Shown piece by piece: positions 27,055 to 36,125 of a stretch of DNA of 64,000 nucleotides (position 1 is its first letter; every line of letters begins with the position of its first letter). The DNA comes from Myxococcota bacterium (GTDB lineage: Bacteria; Myxococcota_A; UBA9160; JAFDDA01): the NCBI GenBank assembly GCA_965228475.1, contig OZ245817.1, positions 3,488,001 through 3,552,000 on the forward strand, given 5' to 3'. The translations under genes and the position numbers were made by a program. The notes beneath the pieces were generated by a model. That model saw nothing but the letters and a program-made list of their open reading frames with translations. It searched no databases and had not been told where the DNA came from.

Positions 27055-28206
27055 ATGCCCGAGGCCTACATCATCGATGCCGTCCGCACGCCCGTCGGAA
27101 AGCGCGGCGGCGGGCTCGCCACCGCCCACTCGGCGGATCTCGGCGCCCACGTGCTGCGCGCCCTCGTCGAGCGCACGGGTGTGGACGCCGGCGCCGTGGA
27201 GGACGTCGTGTTCGGCTGCTGCGACACCGTCGGCACCCAGGCCGGCGACATCGCACGCACCTGCTGGCTCGCCGCGGGGCTGCCCGAGCACGTGCCCGGC
27301 GTGACGATCGACCGCCAGTGCGGATCCTCCCAGCAGTCGGTCCACTTCGCGGCCCAGGGCGTCATGAGCGGGGTCCAGGATCTGGTGATCGCCGGCGGCG
27401 TCCAGAACATGAGCCAGATCCCGATCTCCTATGCCATGACGTCCGCCGAGCCGCTCGGCATGACGGACCCGTTCTCGGGCTCGAAGGGCTGGACGGAGCG
27501 CTACGGCACCCAGGAAGTCTCCCAGTTCCGCGGCGCCGAGATGATCGCGGAGAAGTGGGACGTCTCGCGCGAAGACATGGAAGCCTTCGCCCTGGCGAGT
27601 CACGAGCGCGCGCTCCGGGCCATCGACGAAGGGCGCTTCGCGAACGAGATCGTGCCCTACGGCGACGTCACGACGGACGAGGGCCCGCGGCGCGGCACGA
27701 GCCTCGAGAAGATGGCGAAGCTCGAGCCGCTCTCTCCGGGAGGACGGATCACCGCCGCCCTCGCGAGCCAGATCTCCGACGGAGCGACGGCGCTCCTCGT
27801 GGCTTCGGAGCAGGCCGTGAAGGACCACGGCCTTTCGCCGCGCGCCCGGATCCACCATCTCTCGGTGCGCGCCGACGACCCGATCTACATGCTCACCGCG
27901 CCGATCCCGGCGACGAAGCACGCTCTCGAGAAGACCGGCATGAAGCCCTCGGACATCGACCTGGTCGAGATCAACGAGGCCTTCGCCTCGGTCGTGCTCG
28001 CCTGGCAGAAGGAGACGGGCTGGGACCTCGACCGCGTGAACGTGAACGGCGGCGCGATCGCCCTCGGCCATCCGATCGGCGCGACGGGAACCCGGCTCAT
28101 GGCGACGCTCCTGAACGAGCTCGAGCGCACCGGCGGCCGCTACGGAATGCAGACCATGTGCGAGGGCGGTGGCCAGGCCAACGTCACGATCATCGAGAGG
28201 CTCTAG
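27055..28206 (+). CDS. fadA6: Acetyl-CoA acyltransferase (thiolase), FadA6-like
   Basis: [31 protein letters not shown]. Confidence 0.87.
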   Translation: MPEAYIIDAVRTPVGKRGGGLATAHSADLGAHVLRALVERTGVDAGAVEDVVFGCCDTVGTQAGDIARTCWLAAGLPEHVPGVTIDRQCGSSQQSVHFAAQGVMSGVQDLVIAGGVQNMSQIPISYAMTSAEPLGMTDPFSGSKGWTERYGTQEVSQFRGAEMIAEKWDVSREDMEAFALASHERALRAIDEGRFANEIVPYGDVTTDEGPRRGTSLEKMAKLEPLSPGGRITAALASQISDGATALLVASEQAVKDHGLSPRARIHHLSVRADDPIYMLTAPIPATKHALEKTGMKPSDIDLVEINEAFASVVLAWQKETGWDLDRVNVNGGAIALGHPIGATGTRLMATLLNELERTGGRYGMQTMCEGGGQANVTIIERL

Positions 28207-28208
28207 GA

Positions 28209-29111
28209 ATGGGAATCTGTGAAGACCGCGTCGTCATCGTGACCGGCGCCGCGCGCGGCATCGGGCGCGAGCACGCCCTGGCCTTCGCCCGCGAGGGCGC
28301 GAAGGTCGTCGTGAACGACATCGGCGTCGAGCTCGACGGCTCGGGCGGCGGCGAAGGCCCGGCCCACGAGGTCGCCGAGGCCATCCGCGCCGGGGGTGGC
28401 GAGGCGATCGTGAACGGCGCCGACGTCTCGAGCTGGGACGAGACCGGGGCCCTCGTGCGGCAGACCCTCGAGGCCTTCGGGCGGCTCGACGCCGTCGTCA
28501 ACAACGCCGGCTTCGTGCGCGATCGCATGTTCGTCTCCTGCAGCGAAGACGAGTGGGACGCGATCGTGAACGTCCACCTGAAGGGCCACTTCTGCCTCGC
28601 GCGCCACGCGGCCGAGCACTGGCGCAACGAGGCCAAGGCCGGGAACCCCGTCGACGCCCGCATCATCAACACGAGTTCGGGCGCCGGGCTCCAGGGCAGC
28701 ATCGGGCAGAGCAGCTACTCGGCCGCCAAGGCCGGCATCGCCACGCTCACCTTGATCCAGGCCGCGGAGATGGGCCGTTACGGCGTGACCGCGAACGCGA
28801 TCGCCCCCTCCGCCCGCACCCGCATGACGGAGGAGGTCTTCGCGGACATGATGAAGGCCCCCGACGAAGGCTTCGACGCGATGCACCCCGGGAACATCTC
28901 GCCCCTGGTCGTCTGGCTCGGGAGCGCGGAATCGAAGGAGGTGAGCGGCTGCGTGTTCGAAGTCGCGGGCGGCGAGATCTCGATCGCCGACGGCTGGCGG
29001 ACCGGCCCAAAGGTCGACAAGAACGCGCGCTGGGCGCCGGACGAGGTCGGCGCCGCCGTGCACGACCTGCTCGCGAAGCGCGTCGAGCCCCAGAAAGTCT
29101 ACGGCACCTAG
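28209..29111 (+). CDS. SDR oxidoreductase (Rv3548c/ScdE-like)
   Basis: TGAARGIG, NNAGFVRDRMF, NTSSGAGLQGSIGQSSYSAAK. Confidence 0.9.
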   Translation: MGICEDRVVIVTGAARGIGREHALAFAREGAKVVVNDIGVELDGSGGGEGPAHEVAEAIRAGGGEAIVNGADVSSWDETGALVRQTLEAFGRLDAVVNNAGFVRDRMFVSCSEDEWDAIVNVHLKGHFCLARHAAEHWRNEAKAGNPVDARIINTSSGAGLQGSIGQSSYSAAKAGIATLTLIQAAEMGRYGVTANAIAPSARTRMTEEVFADMMKAPDEGFDAMHPGNISPLVVWLGSAESKEVSGCVFEVAGGEISIADGWRTGPKVDKNARWAPDEVGAAVHDLLAKRVEPQKVYGT

Positions 29112-29118
29112 CGCTCCC

Positions 29119-30261
29119 ATGAACTTCGCCTTCACCGAAGAGCAGGAAGAGCTGCGCGAGACCGCGCGCGCCTTTCTCGAAGAGCACTCCGGCTCCGAGG
29201 CCGTGCGGGCTGCGATGGAGAGCGAGCTCGGCCATGACCCGGCGCTCTGGAAGCAGATCGGCTCGGAGCTCGGCTGGACGGCGGTGACGATCCCCGAGGC
29301 CCATGGCGGCCTCGGCCTCTCCTACGTGGAGCTGGTCGCACTCCTCGAGCCCATGGGTGAAGCGCTGCTCTGCTCCCCTTTTTTTTCGACCGTGGCGCTC
29401 GGCGCGAACGCCCTGCTGTGCGCCGGGACCGAGGAGCAGAAGGCGCGCTGGCTGCCGGGCATCGCCGAAGGAGAGACCCGCGCAACGCTCGCGGTCGCCG
29501 AGGACGCCGGAAGCTGGGCGCCCGAAGGCATCACCGCGACCTGGCGGCGCGAAGGCGACGGCTACCGGCTCTCCGGGACGAAGCGCTACGTGCTCGACGG
29601 CGCCTCGGCGGACCTGGTGCTCGTCGCAGCTCGGGCCGAAGGATCCCGGGGCGAGGACGGGCTCTCCCTCTTCGCGATCCCCGGCGCGGCCGACGGCCTG
29701 ATCCGCACGCCGCTCCCGACCCTCGACGCGACCCGGCGGCTCGCGGCGCTCGAACTCGACGACGTGGCGGTTCCAGCCGACGCCCGGCTCGGCGAAGAAG
29801 GTGCGGCGGCCCGGCCCCTGGCGCGGACGCTCGACCTCGCGGCCATCGCGCTCGCGGCCGAGCAGGTCGGCGGCGCCGAGCGCTGCCTCGCCGAGAGCGT
29901 CCGCTATGCCAAGGAGCGCGAACAGTTCGGGCGAGCGATCGGCTCCTTCCAGGCGCTGAAGCACAAGTGCGCGGACATGATGGTCGCCGTCGAGTCCGCG
30001 CGCTCGGCCGCCTACTACGCCGGCTGCATCGCCTCCGAAGACGCTTCCCCGGAGCTGCCCGCCGTTGCGGCCCTGGCCAAGGCCTGGTGCTCCGAGGCCT
30101 ACTTCCGCTGCGCCGCGGAATCGATCCAGATCCACGGCGGCGTCGGCATGACCTGGGAGTACGATTGCCACCTCTACTTCAAGCGCGCGCGCGGCGACGA
30201 GGCCTTCCTCGGAAGCCCCGACGAGCACCGCGAGCGCGTCGCGCAGGAGATCGGGCTCTAG
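29119..30261 (+). CDS. Acyl-CoA dehydrogenase small subunit, FadE33/IpdE2-like
   Basis: QFGRAIGSFQALKHKCADM, IQIHGGVGMTWEYDCHLYFKRA; lacks the large-subunit EPxxGSD motif. Confidence 0.75.
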   Translation: MNFAFTEEQEELRETARAFLEEHSGSEAVRAAMESELGHDPALWKQIGSELGWTAVTIPEAHGGLGLSYVELVALLEPMGEALLCSPFFSTVALGANALLCAGTEEQKARWLPGIAEGETRATLAVAEDAGSWAPEGITATWRREGDGYRLSGTKRYVLDGASADLVLVAARAEGSRGEDGLSLFAIPGAADGLIRTPLPTLDATRRLAALELDDVAVPADARLGEEGAAARPLARTLDLAAIALAAEQVGGAERCLAESVRYAKEREQFGRAIGSFQALKHKCADMMVAVESARSAAYYAGCIASEDASPELPAVAALAKAWCSEAYFRCAAESIQIHGGVGMTWEYDCHLYFKRARGDEAFLGSPDEHRERVAQEIGL

Positions 30262-30262
30262 C

Positions 30263-31042
30263 ATGGCGGTCACGATCGACTTCGCAGGGAAGGTCGCCCT
30301 CGTCACCGGCGGAGCCCGCGGCGTGGGGCGCGGGATCAGCGAGCGGTTCCTGGCCGCCGGGGCTGAGGTCGCCATCTGCGGCCGCAACGAGCCGGAGGCG
30401 CTGCCCGCCGCCGGGGGCCGGAGCGCCGTGTTCTTCGCTGCGGACGTCCGCGACCCGGAGCAGGTCGACGCCCTGGTCCGCGCCGTGGTGGAGCGCTTCG
30501 GCCGGCTCGACGTGCTCGTCAACAACGCCGGCGGCGCGCCGGCGGCGGAGGCCGCCACGGCTTCGCCGCGCTTCCACGAATCGATTCTCCGCCTGAACCT
30601 GACGGCGACGCTCCACTGCGCCCAGCGCGCGAACGCCGTCATGGCGGCCCAGCCCGAGGGCGGCTCCATCGTGAACATCGCGAGCGTGTCGGGGATGCGG
30701 CCCTCGCCCGGCACCGCGGCCTACGGCGCGGCCAAGGCGGGCGTGCTCTCGCTGACGCAGACGCTGGCCGTCGAGTGGGCCCCGAAGGTCCGCGTGAACG
30801 CCGTCACGGCGGGCATGATCCGCACCGAGCTCGCGCACCTGCACTACGGCGACGAGGCGGGCATCGCCTCCGTCGAATCCACCGTCCCGCTCGGACGCCT
30901 GGGGACGCCCGGCGACGTGGCGGACGCCTGCCTGTTCCTGGCTTCCCCGCTCGCGGCCTACGTGAGCGGCGCGAACCTGCTGCTGCACGGCGGCGGCGAG
31001 AAGCCGGCCTTCCTGGACGCCGCCAAGAACACCGAGCCCTGA
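30263..31042 (+). CDS. SDR oxidoreductase (Rv3549c-like)
   Basis: TGGARGVG, ASPRFHE, RPSPGTAAYGAAK, AVEWAPKVRVN. Confidence 0.9.
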   Translation: MAVTIDFAGKVALVTGGARGVGRGISERFLAAGAEVAICGRNEPEALPAAGGRSAVFFAADVRDPEQVDALVRAVVERFGRLDVLVNNAGGAPAAEAATASPRFHESILRLNLTATLHCAQRANAVMAAQPEGGSIVNIASVSGMRPSPGTAAYGAAKAGVLSLTQTLAVEWAPKVRVNAVTAGMIRTELAHLHYGDEAGIASVESTVPLGRLGTPGDVADACLFLASPLAAYVSGANLLLHGGGEKPAFLDAAKNTEP

Positions 31043-31060
31043 GGCCGCGGCCGGCCGCGC

Positions 31061-31390
31061 CTACTTCTTGGGGAGGCTCCGGGCGAACTCGAGGCCGCGC
31101 TCGATCCAGGTGTCGAGCTGCTTCGACGTCCGCACCCCGGGCGCCGAAACGAAGACCATGCCTTTCATCGGCCGGCCCGTGATGTCCATCGGGCGGGCAT
31201 GCTTCCGGGCCAGCGCCGCTTCGTGGGCGTCGGGCCCGACGCGGACCATCAGATCGTCCCGCGAGACGCCGCAGAACATGTTCCCGTTGGCGAGGAACGC
31301 CACGCCGCCGAACATCTTCTTCTCTTCGATCCCACGCCGGCGAGCGACCTTGCCGCGAATCCGCTCGGCGAGCTTCTCGTCGTAGGCCAT
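31061..31390 (-). CDS. TfoX/Sxy N-terminal-domain family protein
   Basis: MAYDEKLAERIR, EKKMFGG, PMDITGRPMKG, SLPKK. Confidence 0.88.
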   Translation of the reverse strand: MAYDEKLAERIRGKVARRRGIEEKKMFGGVAFLANGNMFCGVSRDDLMVRVGPDAHEAALARKHARPMDITGRPMKGMVFVSAPGVRTSKQLDTWIERGLEFARSLPKK

Positions 31391-31420
31391 GGCCCGCCCC
31401 TTCCGGTGGTGGAGACGAAC

Positions 31421-33166
31421 CTAGCGGCGTCGCGGCCGCCCGCCTCGTCCGCCGCGCGGGCCGTCGGAGGGCCCCCGCGAGCCGCCTTCCCGCCCGGAGC
31501 CGCCCGGACCGCTCGGGCCGCGCCCTCGCGAGCCGCTTCCGGAGTTGCGCGAGCGGGTCTCGGAACCGCGCGGGCCCCGGCGGCCCTGCCCGCGAGAACC
31601 CTCGTCGCGCGTCGAACCGGCGCTTCGGCCGCGCGAACCCTCGCCGCGCGTCGAACCGGCGCTTCGGCCGCGCGAACCCTCGCCGCGCGTCGAACCGGCG
31701 CTTCGCCCGCGCGAACTCTCGCCGCGCGTCGAACCGGCACCTCGTCCGCGCGAACCCTCGCCGCGCGTCGAACCGGCACCTCGTCCGCGCGAACCCTCGC
31801 TCTGCGGACCCCTGCGGCGAGACGCCTCGCCCCGCTCCGGCCGGTCGTCCCGCCCGCGCGTGCTGGCGCCGCGCCGGCCACGCGTCTCGCCCTCGGAGCC
31901 TCGGCTCCCCCGGGAGCCCGCGCTTCGGCCCCCGCCACCGGAGCGGCCGGAACCGTTGCGCTGCCGGCTGGAGGGCCGGCCGTTTCCGCGGCCGCGCCGC
32001 TCGCCGCTGCGCTCACGAGGCTCCTCGGGGCCCGGGTCGAAGCCTTCGACGGCGCGCCGCGGGATCTTCATCCCGATCATGCGCTCCGTCGCTCGGACCC
32101 AGCCGCGATCCTCCCCGGTCACGAAGGTGCAGGCGACGCCCTCGTTCTCGGAGCGGCCGGTCCGCCCGATCCGGTGCGTGTAGGCCTCGGGCGTGTTCGG
32201 CACGTCGAAGTTGATGACGTGGGAAACGCCGCGCACGTCGATGCCGCGGGCCGCGATGTCCGTCGCCACGAGCACGTGGTAGCGCCGCGAGCGGAAGCCG
32301 CTCATGGCCCGGTCGCGCTGGGCCTGGGACATGTTGCCCTGCAGCCCGACGGCGCGGTGTCCGGCCTTGTTCAGCTGGTCCGCCAGGCGCTTCGCGCGAT
32401 GCTTCGTCCGCGTGAAGACGATCGCGGAATCGCAGCCGTCCTCGCCCAGCAGCTGCTCGAGCAGGTCTCGCTTGCGGCCCTCCGCCACCGGAAAGAGCGC
32501 GTGATCGATGGTCGACGCCGGCGCCGTGTGCGCGAGTTCGACGACGTGCGGGTCGTCGAGCAGGTCGTCCGCGAGCCGGCGCACCTCCTTCGGCATCGTC
32601 GCCGAGAAGAGCAGGTTCTGCCGATCGTCCGGAAGCGCCGCGAGGATCCGGCGAACGTCGGGCAGAAAGCCCATGTCGAACATGTGGTCGGCCTCGTCGA
32701 GCACGAGCGTCTCGACGCCGTCGAGCCGCAGCAGGCGCTGGCCGAGCAGGTCGAGGACACGCCCCGGGCAACCGACCACGATCTCCGGCCGCGAGCGCAG
32801 GGCGTTGGCCTGGTTCCGCACGGAGACGCCGCCGAAGACGGTCGCCACCTTGAGGCGCGTGTACTTGGCGAGGGTCCGCATCTCGGCCGCGATCTGCGTC
32901 GCGAGCTCACGGGTCGGCGCGAGGACGAGGGCGCGCGGGCCCCGCCGACGATCGCGCTGGAGCCGGTCGAGGATCGGGAGCGCGAAGGCCGCCGTCTTCC
33001 CGGTGCCCGTCTGGGCGAGCCCGAGGACGTCGCAGCCGTCGAGGCTCGCGGGGATCGTCTCGGCTTGGATGGGCCGCGGCGTTTCGAAGCCAGCGGCGTG
33101 CAGGCCGCGCTCGAGGGTCTCGTCGAGGCCGAAACCTTCGAAAGCGGTGGAATCATCGAATGACAT
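31421..33166 (-). CDS. DEAD-box RNA helicase (RhlE-like) with RG-rich tail
   Basis: Q motif, AQTGTGKT, PTRELA, DEAD, SAT, ARGID, HRIGRTGR. Confidence 0.95.
   Translation of the reverse strand: MSFDDSTAFEGFGLDETLERGLHAAGFETPRPIQAETIPASLDGCDVLGLAQTGTGKTAAFALPILDRLQRDRRRGPRALVLAPTRELATQIAAEMRTLAKYTRLKVATVFGGVSVRNQANALRSRPEIVVGCPGRVLDLLGQRLLRLDGVETLVLDEADHMFDMGFLPDVRRILAALPDDRQNLLFSATMPKEVRRLADDLLDDPHVVELAHTAPASTIDHALFPVAEGRKRDLLEQLLGEDGCDSAIVFTRTKHRAKRLADQLNKAGHRAVGLQGNMSQAQRDRAMSGFRSRRYHVLVATDIAARGIDVRGVSHVINFDVPNTPEAYTHRIGRTGRSENEGVACTFVTGEDRGWVRATERMIGMKIPRRAVEGFDPGPEEPRERSGERRGRGNGRPSSRQRNGSGRSGGGGRSAGSRGSRGSEGETRGRRGASTRGRDDRPERGEASRRRGPQSEGSRGRGAGSTRGEGSRGRGAGSTRGESSRGRSAGSTRGEGSRGRSAGSTRGEGSRGRSAGSTRDEGSRGQGRRGPRGSETRSRNSGSGSRGRGPSGPGGSGREGGSRGPSDGPRGGRGGRPRRR
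31590..31799. repeat. 39-bp coding tandem repeat, about 5 copies
   Basis: Encodes GEGSRGRSAGSTR units in the helicase tail. Confidence 0.9.
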
Positions 33167-33462
33167 GAAAATGTGGATCTCCGCCCGACGCGCAGCGCGT
33201 GCAGAAGCTGCACGGGTTCACTGCACGGCCGGGCCGTACGTTTCCGACCCAGACAACAGCAAAGGGCAAGAGAGGTGGTTGGCGGCGCGACCTCTCGAGG
33301 GGTTGAGGTCCTGTTGTTCACCGCGTGGGGCTGACGCCCGATGGGAGGTGGTTAGCTCTTCCCGGTTTCGGCCGCCACCCGGCGCTTCTTGAGCGACGCC
33401 GACAAGGCCCCCCGGCCGGGCCCCCGAACGCAGTGGAAACGTGAGGCTTTCCGGTCCGCAGG

Positions 33463-36039
33463 CTAGAAGCGGGAAGCCTTCAGCTTGACGTCCGCCGCCT
33501 CCCAGGCCTTCGCGAAGCGGCGCTCGATGCCCTCGGCCTGGTCGTTCTTGCCCTGGGCCCGCATCGCCTGGGCCAGCCCGAACAGCGACCAGCCGTTCTC
33601 CGGGTTCTTCCGAAGATCCTGCCAGTAGACGGCCTCGGCCTCGTCGGCCCGGCCCGCCTTCAACAGGACGGCGCCGAGCGACTGGCGGACCGGGTAGAAC
33701 CAGTCCGGCGGCTCGGTGTAGTTGAGCTGGTCCTGGAGCAACACCGCACGGTGCAGGCTCGCGAGGGCGTCGCCAAAGCGCCCCTCTTCGGCGGCGATCT
33801 CCCCGAAGAGGATCGCGCTCGCCAGGCCGAGCAGCTGCTGGGCGTCGTTCGCTCCGACGATGCGATCCTTCAGGGCCGGCGAGCGCTGGAGCTTCGCCAG
33901 CGACGCGAACTCGAGGTTCGCAGCGTCGTAGTTCCCGAGCCGGGCGTAGGCCAGGCCCCGGGCGTAGTGGTGGATGCCCCAGGCGAAGGTCAGATCCCCC
34001 GGCGGCGGCGGCTCCGCGAGGACCTCCTGCCAGCGGCCGAAGCGGACCAGGGCGAAGTACGACGTCACCGGGAAGACCTGCGCGAACTCGGGCAGGTCCC
34101 GGATGTGCTCGATCGTCTTCTCGATCACCTTGCGCGAGGCGCGGATCGAGTCCTCGCTGCGGCCCTGGAGGCTCGTCGTCCACCAGTAGAAGTGGAGATT
34201 GTGCGGGTAGTAGGCCAGCGGGTAGATGCCCTGGGCCCGACACGTCGTGATGTACTCCTCGTCGGCCTGGATCGCCTTCTCGTTGGCGAGGGTCGCATCC
34301 GCATAGCGGCCGATGCGCGCGTAGATGTGAGAGGGCATGTGCTGGAGGTGGCCGGCGCCGGGTGCCGCATCGACCAGATCGTCCGCCGCGGCCTCGCCGA
34401 GCTCCGGGTGCGCGTACTCGGTGGTGTGGATGTAGAGGTGGTTCGCGCCCGGATGGCCCGGGTTGACGGCGCGCACGCCCTCGAGGACGCGAAGGATCGT
34501 CTTGGTGCGGTCGTAGGGCTTGAAGTCGGCCGTCCAGTAGTCCCAGGGCGAGAGGTTCATCAGGGATTCGGCGTAGAGCGTCGCGGCGTCCTGGTCCTTC
34601 GGGTCGGCCTCGTGGAGCTTGCCCATCGCCTCGGCATAGGCGGCGTCCAGGGCCGCGCGGTCCGGGTTGGCCTTGCCTGTGTAGCGGGCCGAGAGCGCCT
34701 TCACGTAGGCGCGCTCGCGCGCGCTTCCGTTCTTTGCGCGCTTGCGCGCCTCTTCGACGAGGGCGTGGGCGCGCGCTTCGTTGTCCGGGTCCATCGGTGC
34801 GTTGATGTTGGGACCGAGCACGAGCGCCTGGCCCCAGTAGCCCATGGGCGAATCGGGATCGAGACGGCTCACCTCCTGGAAGGAGCGCATCGCCTCCTTG
34901 TGGTTGAAGCCGTAGGCGAGGATCAGGCCCTGATCGAAGAAGAGCTGGGCCCGGCGCGAATCCGTCTGGATCGGATGGCTGTGGCTGCCGAGCGTCTGCA
35001 GCCGCGGCGCGATCTGGCCTTCGATGACGGGCGAAGTGACGTCCTGCGCTCCGGGCGCCGCACCGACCGGGGGTGCGGCTGCGGCGAGCGCAGCGAGACG
35101 GGCGGCTTCCTCCGCGGCGGCCTGCTCCGCAGCGAGGCGAGCAGCTTCCTCCGCGGCGGCCTGCTCCACTGCGAGACGGGCGGCCTGTTCCGCAGCGAGG
35201 CGCGCGGCTTCTTCCGCAGCGGCCTGCTCCGCAGCGAGGCGCGCGGCTACTTCCGCGGCGGCCTGCTCCGCAGCGAGACGTGCGGCTTCTTCCGCAGCGG
35301 CCTGTTCCGCTGCGAGGCGCGCGGCTTCCTCCGCGGCGGCCTGCTCGGCAGCGAGACGCGCAGCTTCTTCCGCGGCAGCCTGCTCCGCAGCGAGGCGGGC
35401 AGCTTCCTCCGCGGCAGCCTGCTCCGCAGCGAGACGGGCAGCTTCCTCCGCGGCAGCCTGCTCCGCAGCGAGACGTGCGGCTTCTTCCGCAGCAGCCTGC
35501 TCCGCCGCGAGACGCGCAGCTTCCTCCGCGGCGGCCTGCTCCGCAGCGAGGCGGGCAGCTTCCTCCGCGGCAGCCTGCTCCGCAGCGAGACGTGCGGCTT
35601 CCTCCGCGGCAGCCTGCTCCGCAGCGAGACGTGCGGCTTCTTCCGCAGCAGCCTGCTCCGCCGCGAGACGGGCAGCCTCCTCCGCAGCAGCCTGCTCCGC
35701 AGCGAGACGTGCGGCTTCTTCCGCAGCAGCCTGCTCCGCAGCGAGACGGGCAGCCTCCTCCGCAGCGGCCTGCTCCGCAGCCCTCCGTGCGGCTTCTTCC
35801 CGGGCGGCCAGCTCCTCGGCCATGCGAGCGGTCTCTTCCGCGGCGGCCCGTTCGGCGGCCAGGCGCGAAGCCTCTTCCGCGGCCTGACGGGAGCGCTCGG
35901 CCGGAGGACGCTCGGCCAGCGGCGGCCCCGGGATCGCCGGGAAGGGCCGCGGCAGCGGGGCGTCCAGGATGTCGTCCGCGCAACCCTGCACGAACGTGGC
36001 GGTAAGAAGGATGGCCAGGGCCATCGACGGCGAACGCAT
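33463..36039 (-). CDS. Putative lipoprotein: Ala/Glu/Arg repeat stalk plus TPR-containing domain
   Basis: Signal MALAILLTATFVQGC; repeats; AQLFFDQGL..YGFNH.EA, HPGANHLYIH, GHLQHMPSHIY, PENGWSLFGL. The ORF track's upstream extension is antisense shadow. Confidence 0.85.
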   Translation of the reverse strand: MRSPSMALAILLTATFVQGCADDILDAPLPRPFPAIPGPPLAERPPAERSRQAAEEASRLAAERAAAEETARMAEELAAREEAARRAAEQAAAEEAARLAAEQAAAEEAARLAAEQAAAEEAARLAAEQAAAEEAARLAAEQAAAEEAARLAAEQAAAEEAARLAAEQAAAEEAARLAAEQAAAEEAARLAAEQAAAEEAARLAAEQAAAEEAARLAAEQAAAEEAARLAAEQAAAEEAARLAAEQAAAEEAARLAAEQAAAEVAARLAAEQAAAEEAARLAAEQAARLAVEQAAAEEAARLAAEQAAAEEAARLAALAAAAPPVGAAPGAQDVTSPVIEGQIAPRLQTLGSHSHPIQTDSRRAQLFFDQGLILAYGFNHKEAMRSFQEVSRLDPDSPMGYWGQALVLGPNINAPMDPDNEARAHALVEEARKRAKNGSARERAYVKALSARYTGKANPDRAALDAAYAEAMGKLHEADPKDQDAATLYAESLMNLSPWDYWTADFKPYDRTKTILRVLEGVRAVNPGHPGANHLYIHTTEYAHPELGEAAADDLVDAAPGAGHLQHMPSHIYARIGRYADATLANEKAIQADEEYITTCRAQGIYPLAYYPHNLHFYWWTTSLQGRSEDSIRASRKVIEKTIEHIRDLPEFAQVFPVTSYFALVRFGRWQEVLAEPPPPGDLTFAWGIHHYARGLAYARLGNYDAANLEFASLAKLQRSPALKDRIVGANDAQQLLGLASAILFGEIAAEEGRFGDALASLHRAVLLQDQLNYTEPPDWFYPVRQSLGAVLLKAGRADEAEAVYWQDLRKNPENGWSLFGLAQAMRAQGKNDQAEGIERRFAKAWEAADVKLKASRF
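35095..35781. repeat. 39-bp coding tandem repeat (17 full units plus one 24-bp unit)
   Basis: Encodes AAEQAAAEEAARL with mostly synonymous variation between units. Confidence 0.95.
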
Positions 36040-36125
36040 GCGAAACCTCCGGGCGGCCAGTCTAGAACGGATGGGCCCCCGGAGTCGAACGGCGTTGCGT
36101 GGGATTGCGGCCGCGCTGCCGGTCT

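Noticed and set aside
35095..35781. 39-bp repeat array as a CRISPR array
   Set aside because: Units are contiguous with no unique spacers, stay in frame, vary at synonymous positions, and no cas genes are present
31590..35781. Both neighbouring genes have 39-bp/13-aa repeats, suggesting a common origin
   Set aside because: The unit sequences are unrelated; treated as coincidence
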